A DNA stretch of 63,987 bases, filler included, from Barthelona sp. PAP020 (GCA_040182905.1; 34 parts of 34 records of this genome joined end to end with filler, not necessarily neighbours in it); one strand, 5' to 3'. Positions 21,701 through 33,297 are shown, counted from the first letter of the whole stretch. Notes: generated from the sequence alone by a model not told the origin. Numbers and translations: made by a program.

Positions 21701-21934
21701 TGTGCCTTCTAATTTAGCAATAATAGATTCAGTGTTCATAACAGTGGGATTTGCAAGTCTTGAATAAATATAACCCTCACCTTTTCCTTGAAATAAATCT
21801 GCTCCATGTTGAACAGAATCAAAATAAAAAGTTGATGTCTGATAGATGGGAGTAATGTGAGAATTACATGGATTATTATGGGCAAATAAATCACCATGCA
21901 AAGATGTAGATGCTAAACTATGTTCAATAGGCAT
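21701..21934 (-). CDS. Methionine gamma-lyase (Cys/Met PLP enzyme), 5' fragment
   Basis: PIYQTSTFYFDSVQHGADLFQGKGEGYIYSRLANPTV...IAKLEG. Confidence 0.85.
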
Positions 21935-22229
21935 ATTTTGATTCAATCTAAAAAAATTGGTTTGAAGAAGTTGTGTCGTCAGTCAAAAGAAATCTTCAGA
22001 TTCTCTTTTTCTTTCAATAATGATAAATATCAATCAACGAAAAGTTGTCATAACATATGCATATTATATAAAGAACCCTTTTGGAAAGATGGTTAATTTT
22101 TACAAATTTTGTCCAAAAAAATAAATTTCTTGACTTCTTTTGAATTAAAAGAATAAGAAAATTAAATGCTAAATACACTTTATAAAGAGAAAAAAAAATA
22201 CTTGAATTCTATACAAAAGCAATTGAATG

Positions 22230-23294
22230 TTAAAGGGTATTAAACCAATCTTTTAAACTTTTGGTAGCTTTAGATGCTGTTTTTTTTGTTTTAGACCAAG
22301 CATTAGCAAAAAACTCATCATCAGGATTAGTTGATCTGATGTTTTGATGGTGTCCAGAATGAACTCTTCCGCCTTCATTAGTACAATAACCAAAATTTGG
22401 TTGATTATTTGAAGAAGAATAAGAAGAAGAAGAAGAAAAAGAAGAAGAAGAAGGTTTAATAAAATCGTTGGATGATAAACCTCCAGAATTTGTATAACTG
22501 AAATTTGAAGAACTTGAGCTGTCATCATTTGATAAATTATAGCTATTATAACCCATTGGTTCGGGTTGAGTCGATTTAGGTCTAATATATTCAGTTGTGT
22601 CAGTGGAATAGTTTGGTGGTGGTGCACTTTTTGGAGATAATGGTGCTTCAAAGAAGTTTTCATCATCATCAATTAATCTACTGCTTAATCTTTTCTTTTT
22701 ACCTTTTGATTTTCTAGATTTGGAACCATTTTTTGATTTTGGACGAGAAATAGAAGGTGAGGCGCTTTTAATCGTTGCATTAGGAATTTGAAGGGAATCA
22801 TCAAAGAAGGCATCGATTCGTTCAGCAGTTTTGGATACTTTCTTATTAATGATGATTTCTCTTTCTGTAGGTTCAATAGATAACACATTTGTAGTAGTTG
22901 TCTCTTTATTACCACCATTTTCAACACGTTGTAAAATAATTTCTTTATATTGACTTGCAATATCCGATTTATAAACGCTATTTGAATCAATTTTTTGTGG
23001 ATCAGAAGAACTACGAGGACAATGAATACCATGACTCTCAAAAAAAGATCTGCATCGATCATTTCCACCATAAACTAAAGGTAAAATATTTTTCTTATCA
23101 AAACGGTCCAAATCACTACTTTGGACAAAACTATACCTTACTGAAAGCGCCCTGTGTGCAGATGCACAACGATAACATATGAATATACCATATGTTAATG
23201 AACACCAGGAAGGACTTGAACTTCCACAATCCATACAAGTATTATTTCCTGATTTTTTTCGCAGTTGTTGTATCAATTCGTTTGGGTCATCCAT
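22230..23294 (-). CDS. ARF GTPase-activating protein (Gcs1/Glo3 type)
   Basis: GNNTCMDC-x16-CYRCASAHRAL zinc finger, SFVQS, GGNDR. Confidence 0.92.
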   Translation of the reverse strand: MDDPNELIQQLRKKSGNNTCMDCGSSSPSWCSLTYGIFICYRCASAHRALSVRYSFVQSSDLDRFDKKNILPLVYGGNDRCRSFFESHGIHCPRSSSDPQKIDSNSVYKSDIASQYKEIILQRVENGGNKETTTTNVLSIEPTEREIIINKKVSKTAERIDAFFDDSLQIPNATIKSASPSISRPKSKNGSKSRKSKGKKKRLSSRLIDDDENFFEAPLSPKSAPPPNYSTDTTEYIRPKSTQPEPMGYNSYNLSNDDSSSSSNFSYTNSGGLSSNDFIKPSSSSFSSSSSYSSSNNQPNFGYCTNEGGRVHSGHHQNIRSTNPDDEFFANAWSKTKKTASKATKSLKDWFNTL

Positions 23295-23358
23295 GTTTGA
23301 AAGATTTGTAAAAAATGAAAAAATTTTCTTTTTCAAAACCTATTTTTGTCTACTCTGA

Positions 23359-23544
23359 ATGGTTAAGAAAAGCAAAACGTTTGACATATTATTTATATTA
23401 GGATATTTTCTAACATATTAGTACCAAAGACGAGTTAACTCGTATCGCTATTATCAATCCTGATAAATGCAAACCTAAAGATTGTGGTTTAGCTTGTAAG
23501 AAGACTTGTCCTGTTGTTCGTACTGGGGGACAATGCATCGACGT
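23359..23544 (+). CDS. ABCE1: ABCE1/Rli1 5' fragment; intron 23379-23421
   Basis: After a 43-nt GTTTGA...TTCTAACATATTAG intron: [37 protein letters not shown] (Fe-S domain). Missed by the ORF track. Confidence 0.92.
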
Positions 23545-23964
23545 NNNNNNNNNNNNNNNNNNNNNNNNNNNNNNNNNNNNNNNNNNNNTTAATTAATTAA
23601 NNNNNNNNNNNNNNNNNNNNNNNNNNNNNNNNNNNNNNNNNNNNAATCCAAATTCCCCTTTGCTGTGATTGGAGGTCGAAGCGTAGCGTAGCGCAGCGTA
23701 GTTTAATCAAGCCGAGGAAAACGCATCTGCGCTGGCGCTTTCCCCCATGATGAAACACATCTTCTCTTGATACTTTTTCAAGTCATCTGTCTTTACTGCG
23801 ACTGTGTAGATATCTAACTCATTCCTAGATCCTAAATTAAATAGAGAGGAACATTAGCAATCAATTCACAAATCAATTCTTTTGTTTTCTTCTAATTCAT
23901 TTGTATTTATCATATATTTCTATATTCTTGTTTTTTCTAACTCTTTATCCTCAATATTGAATTA

Positions 23965-25027
23965 TCACACTACGATGAATATTTGCGTTAAAAGGTGAAT
24001 ATTTGCGTGACGATAAATATATGGGCGACGATAAATATCTGTGTGAAGATGAATATTTACGTGACTATGAATATCAACACGAGATAAATATTTAAGGGAC
24101 GACGAAAATATTTGTGTGACGATAAATGTCTACGTTACGATGAATTTTTTAACGCTACGATGAATATTGTAACACGACGAAAAAATCAACATGATAAAGA
24201 TTGTCAACACGACGATTAATATTTAAACGCGACGACGAATATTATCAGGACGATAAATATTTACGTGACGACAAATATGTACGTGTAATGATTAATATAT
24301 ATATGTGTCTATGAATATCAACACGACCATGAAAATTAACATGACGAACAAAGAATAAATGTGACGATAAATATCAACATGACGATCAATATGTACGTGA
24401 CAATGAATATCAACGTGATAATCAATATCAACGTGACAATGAATATCAACGTGATAATCAATATCAACGTGATAATCAATATCAACGTGATGACTATTAT
24501 CAACGTGACGGTAAATATGAACACAATGCTGGCAAATATCAATCGACAATGAATACAAACACAATGGTGGAGATTAACGCGACGATCAATATGTGCGTGA
24601 AGATGCACATTGAAGTGACCATGAAGATTCACACGACGAGACTCTTTGTGTGGCAATGATTGAATGCGTGACCAAGAATATCACCACGACGACAAATAAT
24701 ATCACTAGGATGACGAAAACTATCACGAGGATGAGGAATATCAACGCGTCAATCCATATATATGTGTGATGACGAATACCAATATGAGGACAAATATTTA
24801 CGAGACCATGAGTGTCTACACGACGATGAGTATTAAAATGACGACCAAGTATTAACAAGACGATGAATATTATTACGACAATAAACAATTAAGTGAATAC
24901 AAATATCAACACGACAATAAATAACTATGCGACGATGAGTACCTAGGCTATGATGAATCGTTTCATTACCAAAAAAAACATCATCACGACGATAAATGTG
25001 GGCGCGATGATGAGTGTCTACATGACG
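23965..25027. repeat. Degenerate 18-bp minisatellite (core AATATCAACGTGA), most regular at ~24401-24510
   Basis: CAATGAATATCAACGTGA / TAATCAATATCAACGTGA units in tandem. Confidence 0.85.
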
Positions 25028-25067
25028 AGGGTCAGGGTCAGGGTTGGTGTCAGGGTCAGGGTCAGGG
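25028..25067 (+). repeat. Telomere-variant-like (TCAGGG)n tract
   Basis: AGGG(TCAGGG)2 TTGGTG (TCAGGG)3. Confidence 0.8.
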
Positions 25068-25094
25068 ATTCCAAAATTTACCCATTATCATGAC

Positions 25095-25486
25095 TTTTTT
25101 TGAACCTCAAATCCAATTTTTGGGTCTCAAATCCAATTTTTTGAATCTGGAGTAGACGTTTTTGAATCTCAAATTCATATATTTGTACTTTCAAGATATT
25201 TTTTGAATCTCAAGTAGACGTTTTTGAACCTCAAATCCAATTTTTGGGTCTCAAATCAAATTTTTTGAATCTCAAGTAGACGTTTTTGAATCTCAAATTC
25301 ATATATTTGTACTTTCAAGATATTTTTTGAATCTCAAGTAGACGTTTTTGAACCTCAAATTCATATATTTGTACTTTCAAATCCAATTTTTTGAATCTGA
25401 AGTAGACGTTTTTGAACCTCAAATCCAATTTTTGGGTCTCAAATCAAATTTTTTGAATCTGAAGTAGACGTTTTTGAATCTCAAGT
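25095..25486. repeat. ~21-bp satellite with ~124-bp higher-order period
   Basis: TTTTTGAA[TC]CTCAA followed by ATCCAA, GTAGACG or ATTCATATA; the block at 25101 recurs at 25225. Confidence 0.9.
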
Positions 25487-25587
25487 NNNNNNNNNNNNNN
25501 NNNNNNNNNNNNNNNNNNNNNNNNNNNNNNTTAATTAATTAANNNNNNNNNNNNNNNNNNNNNNNNNNNNNNNNNNNNNNNNNNNNT

Positions 25588-27357
25588 GAAGCTCAGTCTG
25601 AGACCGTTTGGCGTCAGGCTGAAAAATATGGTGTGCCTCGTATTGGCTTTGTTAATAAAATGGATCGCCAGGGAGCTGATTTCTTTAATGTTGTTAATGA
25701 AGTTCGTGAAAAGTTGGGGGCTAATCCAATACCGATCACTATTCCTATTGGTGCAGAAGATAGTTTCGAAGGAGTTGTTGACCTTATTGAAATGAAAGCA
25801 ATTCGTTGGCATGATGATGCTACCTTGGGAACGGACTATACGATGGAGCCCATTCCTGCAGATATGGTTGAACAGGCTAACGAATATCGTGGAAAATTAA
25901 TTGAAGCAGTTGCTGAATTGGATGATGCTTTGTTGGAACGCTTCTTTGAAGATCCTGATTCAATTACGGTTGAAGATATGTTGCCGGTTATTCGTCGTGC
26001 TACTATTGAAGGATTGATCATCCCAATGATGTGCGGCTCCGCATTCAAAAATAAAGGAGTACAACGCTTGTTGGATGCTGTCTGTGCATTCTTGCCAAGT
26101 CCTCTTGATAAAGATGATATCGAGGGAACAGAACCTCGTGACCCAGATACAAAATTAATTAGAAAACCAGATGTAAACGAACCTTTAGCTGCGTTTGCTT
26201 TTAAAATTGCAACAGACCCTTATGTTGGTCGTTTGTGCTTTATTCGTGTTTATTCTGGTAAAATTTCAGCAGGTGATACCGTCTTTAATGCGCGTACAGG
26301 AAAGAAGGAACGTATTTCCCGTTTATATCAGATGCACTCAAATAAGCAAAATCCAATTGATGTAATTGAAGCAGGAGATATTTGTGCTGCAGTGGGCTTT
26401 AAAGATATTCGTACTGGTGATACATTGAGTGATAATGATCATCCAATTGTATTGGGGCAAATTGAATTCCCAGAACCTGTAATTGGTATTGCTGTTGAAC
26501 CTAAAACTCAAAAAGATTTAGACAAACTCAGTAATGGTTTGGCTAAACTGGCAGAAGAGGATCCAACTTTTAAAGTAAATACCGATGAGGAATCAGGACA
26601 GACGATTATTCGTGGTATGGGTGAGCTTCACCTGGAGATTATCATTGATCGTTTGAGACGGGAATTTAAAGTTGAATGTAATCAAGGTAAGCCTCAGGTT
26701 GCATATAAAGAAGCCATCAGTCAAACGGTTGAATTGCGTGAAGTATTTAAAAAGCAGACGGGAGGTCGTGGTAAATTTGCCGATATCATTGTGCGTGTTG
26801 AACCTCGTACTGATGAAAAAGAAGGACTTGAATTTGTTGATGCAGTAAAAGGAGGTAATATTCCTCGTGAATATATTCCTTCTGTTCAGAAAGGTTTTGA
26901 AACAGCTATGCAAAACGGACCTTTGGCTGGATTTAGTGTCGATAGCTTGAAAGTTACATTGTTGGATGGATCTTTCCACCCGGTTGACTCGGATCAGTTA
27001 TCATTTGAAATATGTGCTCGTCAGGCATTTAAAAAAGCCGCAGGACAAGCAAAACCAAAGCTTTTGGAACCTGTGATGAAGATGGAGATTGTAACTCCGG
27101 AAGAATATATGGGGGACATTATTGGTGACTTAAACCGTCGTCGTGGTCAGGTTGAAGGAATGGAAGAAAAATCAGGAGCACGTGTTGTTAAAGCATTAGT
27201 TCCTCTTGCTGAAACATTTGGTTATGTGACAGTCCTTCGTACTTTGTCTTCAGGACGTGCTACTTCTTCAATGGAATTTGCAAAGTATACTGAAGTTCCA
27301 ACTTCATTAGCATTGAAAGTTCTTGAAGAAATGAAAGGAAACACAAGTTTATTATAG
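25588..27357 (+). CDS. fusA: Bacterial elongation factor G (5'-truncated), Bacteroidota-like
   Basis: [64 protein letters not shown]. Confidence 0.97.
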   Translation, partial: EAQSETVWRQAEKYGVPRIGFVNKMDRQGADFFNVVNEVREKLGANPIPITIPIGAEDSFEGVVDLIEMKAIRWHDDATLGTDYTMEPIPADMVEQANEYRGKLIEAVAELDDALLERFFEDPDSITVEDMLPVIRRATIEGLIIPMMCGSAFKNKGVQRLLDAVCAFLPSPLDKDDIEGTEPRDPDTKLIRKPDVNEPLAAFAFKIATDPYVGRLCFIRVYSGKISAGDTVFNARTGKKERISRLYQMHSNKQNPIDVIEAGDICAAVGFKDIRTGDTLSDNDHPIVLGQIEFPEPVIGIAVEPKTQKDLDKLSNGLAKLAEEDPTFKVNTDEESGQTIIRGMGELHLEIIIDRLRREFKVECNQGKPQVAYKEAISQTVELREVFKKQTGGRGKFADIIVRVEPRTDEKEGLEFVDAVKGGNIPREYIPSVQKGFETAMQNGPLAGFSVDSLKVTLLDGSFHPVDSDQLSFEICARQAFKKAAGQAKPKLLEPVMKMEIVTPEEYMGDIIGDLNRRRGQVEGMEEKSGARVVKALVPLAETFGYVTVLRTLSSGRATSSMEFAKYTEVPTSLALKVLEEMKGNTSLL

Positions 27358-27385
27358 ACTTTAACGAATAATAAAATCTCATCAC

Positions 27386-27406
27386 ATGAGTCAAAAGATC
27401 AGAATT
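27386..27406 (+). CDS. rpsJ: 30S ribosomal protein S10, first 7 codons
   Basis: MSQKIRI directly after fusA without tuf, the usual Bacteroidota gene order. Confidence 0.85.
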
Positions 27407-27520
27407 NNNNNNNNNNNNNNNNNNNNNNNNNNNNNNNNNNNNNNNNNNNNTTAATTAATTAANNNNNNNNNNNNNNNNNNNNNNNNNNNNNNNNNNNNNN
27501 NNNNNNGTACAGCCGTTGTT

Positions 27521-29014
27521 TTGTCCAAAGAATATGTCAGCATGCTTATGGGAGATAACCATCTCATAAACCACCCTGAGAGACTGCAACAGTTGAATGT
27601 TCAGCTTGACTCGCACCATGTTAGTGATCGGCAACTGAATGATGCTGTGATAACTGACATCCGCTATCCTTCATGTAACATTGGCTGCCAATTGGATTGC
27701 CAACTGACAGGTAATAGCTCATTGCCTGAGGCTTCCCTTAAGAAATGTATTAAGGGGCACTGTGATAATGATGGTGGTGAAGATCAGTGCGTGCCAAAGC
27801 ATGAGCGGGTAGAACACTCTGCGAGATTAACTGAAAGTAGCATTTCTCTGGGTGAACTTATAAAAAAATATGTTGAATATAAGATTCAGAAAAGACAGTG
27901 GAAGGATAGGACTATTGTTAATAATTCCCAGTTGTTACAGGTCGTCAAAGCTTTCTTGGAGTATGTTGTTGGTTGTAAGAATCCAATGATTCATGTTTTT
28001 GTACATGAACATGCTGAAATGTTTGAGGGGAAATTTCGAAAATATCCCAAGAATTGTAGAAAGAAATTTCCTGATAAGTCCATGGGGCAAATCATGGATA
28101 TGATAGATGAAGATAAAATATCTTATAAACAGCAGATTTCAGCAAGTACGTATAATGAATACGCACAGCTACTCATGTCATTGTTCAAGTGGGCAAAAAA
28201 TAAAAAAGGTGAAAAATATTTACGAGGTGAAAACGTTTTTGTTGACCTTAAGACATCTGTAAAAAGGAAAATGAAGGAGCCATATTTTTATGATGAAGAG
28301 CTAAATAAATTCTTCAGTTCAGACCTCTTTGCCAAGAAAAACTTTGAGCTTAAGTATGCATGGAGATTCTGGGTACCGATAATGATGCTCTATCATGGAA
28401 TGAGAGTGGAGGAGTGCGCACAGCTCCTTATGAATCAAGTTGTAAAAGTTCAGGGTGTGGATTGTTTTGTAATACAAAATGAAAAGAATGAAGACGGTAA
28501 TATTTTAACTACCACTAAGAATTCAGAAAGCATAAGGAACGTACCGATTCATCCTAAACTCATTGAGATCGGTTTTCTGAAATACGTAGCTTATCAGAAG
28601 AACAAAGAAAGCTCAAAATTATTTCCCACGTTATCCAATGTTAGAGCTTCTGATGGAGCATATAAACAAGCAGGTGCTCCAGTGTCAAAGTGGTTTAATG
28701 AAGAAAATCCAGCAAGTTATAAATGTTCATATTTTTCAAAAGTTGGGATAGATAAAAATAAAAGAGGATTAGTACTTTACAGTTTTAGACATACTGTATC
28801 AACATTGTTGATGAACCACCCTGATCAGGTTGACATTAGAAAAATAAAAAAATTGATCGGCCATGAAGTCAAGGAGACTTTAGAAAAGCACTATGGTCGG
28901 TATAATGAACAGACAATGCTGTCTGTAGTTGAAAAGGTAGATTATCCAAACGCCTTTCTACCTTGGGATGTGAACGAATGTTATAATTCTATATTATTTC
29001 CGTGGGAAGGATGA
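27521..29014 (+). mobile_element. Tyrosine recombinase / phage-type integrase (bacterial; probably 5'-truncated)
   Basis: WVPIMMLYHGMRVEE (R), TKNSESIRNVPIHPKL (K), YSFRH (HxxR variant), LIGH, KHYG (Y). Confidence 0.9.
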
Positions 29015-29415
29015 TGTGTTTAGTTGAATACAGAATGGTGTGTCGAAATAAAGAAGTAAAATTAAGTATATGTGATGCTGAGGATCTATCTGGGATGTAA
29101 TTTCTTGGTAGTGTTCATTTTGTTGTGAATAAAATAAAATCTATGACCGTTAAAGCATCAAGCCTTTTAGTTGTCTCTTATTTGACACACATGGTGCGAG
29201 TCAAGCTGAACATTCAACTGTTGCAGTCTCTCAGGGTGGTTTATGAGATGGTTATCTCCCATAAGCATGCTGACATATTCTTTGGACAAAACAACGGCTG
29301 TACGTGCGTTGGAGGNNNNNNNNNNNNNNNNNNNNNNNNNNNNNNNNNNNNNNNNNNNNTTAATTAATTAANNNNNNNNNNNNNNNNNNNNNNNNNNNNN
29401 NNNNNNNNNNNNNNN

Positions 29416-29805
29416 GCATATTTTATCAAAGAATCTGATGAAAAAATTCTCAACCAAAGGCATATATAATTCGAACGGTTTCCTTCTTTCTTCACTCCTT
29501 AACTTTGAATAATTACTTCGAGCATATATGTATGAATGAATCAAATGTTCAAAAAATCTGCAAAGACTATCTTCCAAAAAAGTTTGTTTTTTTGGGGTTG
29601 GTTGCCGTATAATAAAGGGCAAAAAAGTAACTATTTCATCTAAAGTTTTGGAATCTTGCAAAGTATTCGAACGATAATTGGATCTTAAAAAATCCAAATT
29701 GGGCTGATTTTTCATATTTTTAACACACAAATACTTCCATAACGAACCAAAATTGAAATCATTTTGTAAATGTTCTATAAATTCATTTTCATTTGAAAAA
29801 AACAT
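29416..29805 (-). CDS. Hypothetical protein, 5' fragment
   Basis: ORF from ATG 29805 (MFFSNENEF) open to the contig edge. Confidence 0.55.
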
Positions 29806-29820
29806 TTTTAATACTATTTT

Positions 29821-30192
29821 ATGCAAAACAAATATTCAGAAATACTTGCCAACCACATTCTAGCTAGTAACGAAGAAGAAGAATTGTCTAAAAAATTAAA
29901 AGAAGAGACAAAATTGGCTATTACCAACCATAATGGCCTTTTGTTAAGTGAACTTAACAAAAAAACCACTAAAATTTTCTCCACACAACGTAAAATTGAT
30001 GAACAATTGAAAAATTTACAAAGAACATCTGCCAACTTCAACAAACAGATGCAAAATTGGATTACTTTATCAAATCAATTTTCTGATGCAATGAGATGGT
30101 TAGGCGATGTTGAAAATTGGGGAAGACAGATTGAATGGGATTTAAAGGCTGTTAATAATGCTCTGGAAAGAATTGGTGATGAAACACATTGA
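29821..30192 (+). CDS. BLOC1S1: BLOC-1 subunit 1 (BLOS1/GCN5L1)
   Basis: QRKID...FNKQMQNW...LGDVENWGRQIEWDLKAVNNALE matches the BLOS1 IGDVENWARSIELD motif. Confidence 0.9.
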   Translation: MQNKYSEILANHILASNEEEELSKKLKEETKLAITNHNGLLLSELNKKTTKIFSTQRKIDEQLKNLQRTSANFNKQMQNWITLSNQFSDAMRWLGDVENWGRQIEWDLKAVNNALERIGDETH

Positions 30193-30331
30193 ATTAGCAT
30201 TGTTTTTGAATTTTTCGTTACTTTATTATAGGGAGATTCATTGTGATTCCTCCATTTTTATTGCTAAAATTGCTGATCTTATAAAAAAAATCTGAACCTA
30301 ATTTTTTTTTGTCTTTTTTTTTTATCTTTTC

Positions 30332-30997
30332 ATGTTTGGAAACCATCGTCGCAATTCTAATATTACTGTAGAAGAAGTTTCAGGACCTAATCATCAAGAT
30401 GAAACTTCTAGACCAATTGTTGAGTCAAGATTCAATTCAAATAGGTCCGATGAGAATACTAATTCAAATAATAATCGAAATAGATTCTCTTTGTTAAATC
30501 GTTCTTCATTTTTTGACAATAATGATGACCCTTTTAACGACCCTTTTTTTAGAGATCCGTTTTCAATGAGAAATTCATTATTTGAAAGTGTTCAAAGACA
30601 ATTTAATGAAATGGAAAGTATGATGAACAATCAAGATAATAATATGAATGAACTTCCTTCTAATACTGTTTATTATTCAAGTTCCACATCCTCTTATACT
30701 GGACCAAATGGTGTCACTCATCAAGAGCATCGTTCTTTTGATTCTAGTGCTGGTACTAAGGTTCACCAAGTAAGAAGAAAAATCGGGAACCGATCCCATG
30801 ATTTTGAATCCATTACTGATTCCAATGGGCATGAAAGAACAACAAGTAGATACAACAATATTCAGGAGAATGAAGTCAATGATTTTGAACAAGAGTTTTC
30901 GTCTCATGTGTCAAACCAACCAAAATGGTTGTTTGGTTCATCAAATACAAACCAAAATCAATACAAAGCTTTATCTTCTGGAAATGAATACAATTAA
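30332..30997 (+). CDS. Myeloid leukemia factor (MLF)-like protein
   Basis: DPFFRDPF, YSSSTSSYTGPNGV, RRKIGNRSH, NNIQENEVNDFEQEF. Confidence 0.75.
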   Translation: MFGNHRRNSNITVEEVSGPNHQDETSRPIVESRFNSNRSDENTNSNNNRNRFSLLNRSSFFDNNDDPFNDPFFRDPFSMRNSLFESVQRQFNEMESMMNNQDNNMNELPSNTVYYSSSTSSYTGPNGVTHQEHRSFDSSAGTKVHQVRRKIGNRSHDFESITDSNGHERTTSRYNNIQENEVNDFEQEFSSHVSNQPKWLFGSSNTNQNQYKALSSGNEYN

Positions 30998-31075
30998 GTG
31001 TTAAATGTACATGTTTAAAAATGCAAAAATTCAATAAATTTTTCCAAAAACAATTTCTTTTTTATTTTTCTTCTT

Positions 31076-31222
31076 GTACGAACCTTTTCCAGAACTTTCC
31101 CAAATTAGAGACTGGGAAAACTTAGTTGACTAATAAATAATAAACCTTAATCTTTATTCTTTTCGGGGGGTCCAGCGTTCCTGAAAGGAACCTCTCTTTT
31201 TTGAGACCTACTCTTTCATAGG
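31076..31222 (-). repeat. Repeat family A (partial, cut by contig end)
   Basis: Reverse complement closely matches ~45139-45283. Confidence 0.9.
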
Positions 31223-31322
31223 NNNNNNNNNNNNNNNNNNNNNNNNNNNNNNNNNNNNNNNNNNNNTTAATTAATTAANNNNNNNNNNNNNNNNNNNNNN
31301 NNNNNNNNNNNNNNNNNNNNNN

Positions 31323-31841
31323 AAAGTAATGTTATCAGGGCCTGCTAACAATGCAGAAATTGTCAGATTAATTGCAGATTTAAAAGCAAAAGGTGTTGAC
31401 CTTACCATTGTAGATGGTGCGCTGTCTCGCAAAAGTTTAGGTTCACCTGCGGTTACCGAAGCTATGATTTTGGCTACAGGAGCAGCTTTGTCGGCAAATA
31501 TTCCTCAATTGGTTTTCAAAACACAATATGTGTATGATTTAATTCAGTTGACTGAGATCGATTCTGAATTGAAGCCAAAATTTAGAGGAATAGAAAATGG
31601 AATTTGGGCATTGGATGAATCAGGAGAAGTAAAGGATACTGGTATTTCATCTGTTTTAATGATTAAAAAAGAAAAGGACAAACTGTTTCAGTTTGGAACC
31701 GACTTTTTTGTGAGTGGAGCAGTAACCGATCAGTTTCTTGATTTTTTGAAGAATCAAAAGCGGGTAAATAAAATTAGATTAATTATCAGAGACTTTACAA
31801 GAGTCTTTGCATGCAGTTTCGTAAAGCAATATCAGAAATAA
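31323..31841 (+). CDS. kamB: KamB-like lysine 5,6-aminomutase reactivase subunit (bacterial, 5'-truncated)
   Basis: LSGP...VDGALSRKSLGSPAVTEAMILATGAALS directly upstream of a MutS-domain ATPase; family assignment from recall. Confidence 0.65.
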   Translation, partial: KVMLSGPANNAEIVRLIADLKAKGVDLTIVDGALSRKSLGSPAVTEAMILATGAALSANIPQLVFKTQYVYDLIQLTEIDSELKPKFRGIENGIWALDESGEVKDTGISSVLMIKKEKDKLFQFGTDFFVSGAVTDQFLDFLKNQKRVNKIRLIIRDFTRVFACSFVKQYQK

Positions 31842-33119
31842 AAGGGTTGCAGTATCTGGCTGAAGAGTTGGATTTGAAATCACCAATGGGAAAGAGATTC
31901 CTGTTGGATTCTGAAATGCTGTACAATGAAACTGATTTGAATATCGAGTATAATTTGATTGATAAAGTAATTCAATCAATCGAATCTGATTCGAAGCTAA
32001 TTGCTGATATTCAAAGCAAACTTTCTCACTTAAGAGATATTAAGGGAACAGTTGGAAACCTTGATGCAAATTTGATTCTGGATGATATTGAATTGTTCGA
32101 AATCAAATCTTTTGCATTTCATTGTCATGCTATACTCAATCTGCAAAAAGAATTAAAGCAAGAGGTGATTGGTCTGCCAAACTTGTCTGGTTTGGTTGAT
32201 ATTCTTGATCCTCAAAAATCAGGGATTCCATCTTTTTATATCTACGATGATTATTCGGAAGAGCTTGCTGAGGCCAGAAAAAACTTAAGAATTGCCAAAT
32301 CAGAAAATGGCGATTCGGAAGCAAAGCTCGAGGAGCTTTTTGATAAGGCTCAGGAAATAGAATCTAGAGTAAGAGAAGAACTTTGCGATAAAATAAGAGT
32401 GTTTGCTAGTGATTTGAGAACTGCCTTGAATCAGTTATCACATTTTGATTTGTTAATCGCAAAAGCAAAACAAGCCATTCAACTGAGTTTTAATCGACCA
32501 GAATTGCTTAAAGAAAGTACAATATACAATGGAATGTTTCATCCTATGATTAAGGATGAACTTCTAAAACAAAAGAAACAATATCAAGCAATTGATATTG
32601 AACTTCAAAAATCGGTTTGTTTGATTACAGGTGCGAATATGGCAGGCAAAACAGTGGTGTTGAAAACATTGGCTCTTTGTCAGTACCTGTGTCAGTTTGG
32701 TTTTTTTGTGCCAGCCTCGCAAGCCAAAGTTAGTTTGGTGAATCGTATCATGCTTTCGGTAGGAGATGATCAATCTGAATTAAATGGTTTGTCATCTTTT
32801 GCATCAGAAATGATGAATGTAAACCAAATGGTTGAGGTTTCTCAATCGCATGAAAATGTATTGGTGTTGGTTGATGAATTGGCAAGAACAACAAACCCGG
32901 TAGAAGGATTGGCAATTGTAAATGCGGTTGCAGATATCTTTTATCAGAACAATACACGAAGTGTGATTACAACACACTATAGTGGATTGAATACTTATTT
33001 CAGAAAGTTACGTGTTAAAGGTCTGGATAAGGATTTTGGGGATCAGAGAATCACCAAAAACAATATAAACAGTTATATGGATTATTCTTTGGTAGAGGAC
33101 AATACAGGGGAAGTGCCTC
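31811..33119 (+). CDS. kamC: KamC-like MutS domain-V ATPase (bacterial, 3'-truncated)
   Basis: ITGANMAGKT Walker A, LSSFASEM, LVDELARTTNPVEG, ITTHY; no mismatch-binding domain. Confidence 0.7.
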
Positions 33120-33297
33120 NNNNNNNNNNNNNNNNNNNNNNNNNNNNNNNNNNNNNNNNNNNNTTAATTAATTAANNNNNNNNNNNNNNNNNNNNNNNNN
33201 NNNNNNNNNNNNNNNNNNNTAAGGTTTCTTCTTGCCATTTATAGGCATCAAAATTGAAAAGGCGGCTTAATAAAAGGAACTTATGAAATTAGCAAGA

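Noticed and set aside
24292..24888. ORFs with HVDIDY or ITLILI hexapeptide repeats
   Set aside because: By-products of the 18-bp minisatellite, open in several frames on both strands; no coding evidence.
23965..25486. Tandem repeats as a possible CRISPR array
   Set aside because: Units are contiguous and degenerate with no unique spacers.
25588..27357. EF-G as a mitochondrial or laterally transferred host gene
   Set aside because: Followed 28 nt later by rpsJ in operon arrangement, which indicates a bacterial chromosome fragment.
31811..33119. MutS/MutS2 mismatch-repair gene
   Set aside because: Only the ATPase domain is MutS-like; the short N-terminus and upstream partner fit KamC better.
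27507..33119. Integrase next to eukaryotic genes as an integrated island
   Set aside because: Separated by linkers; contig order reflects length sorting only.
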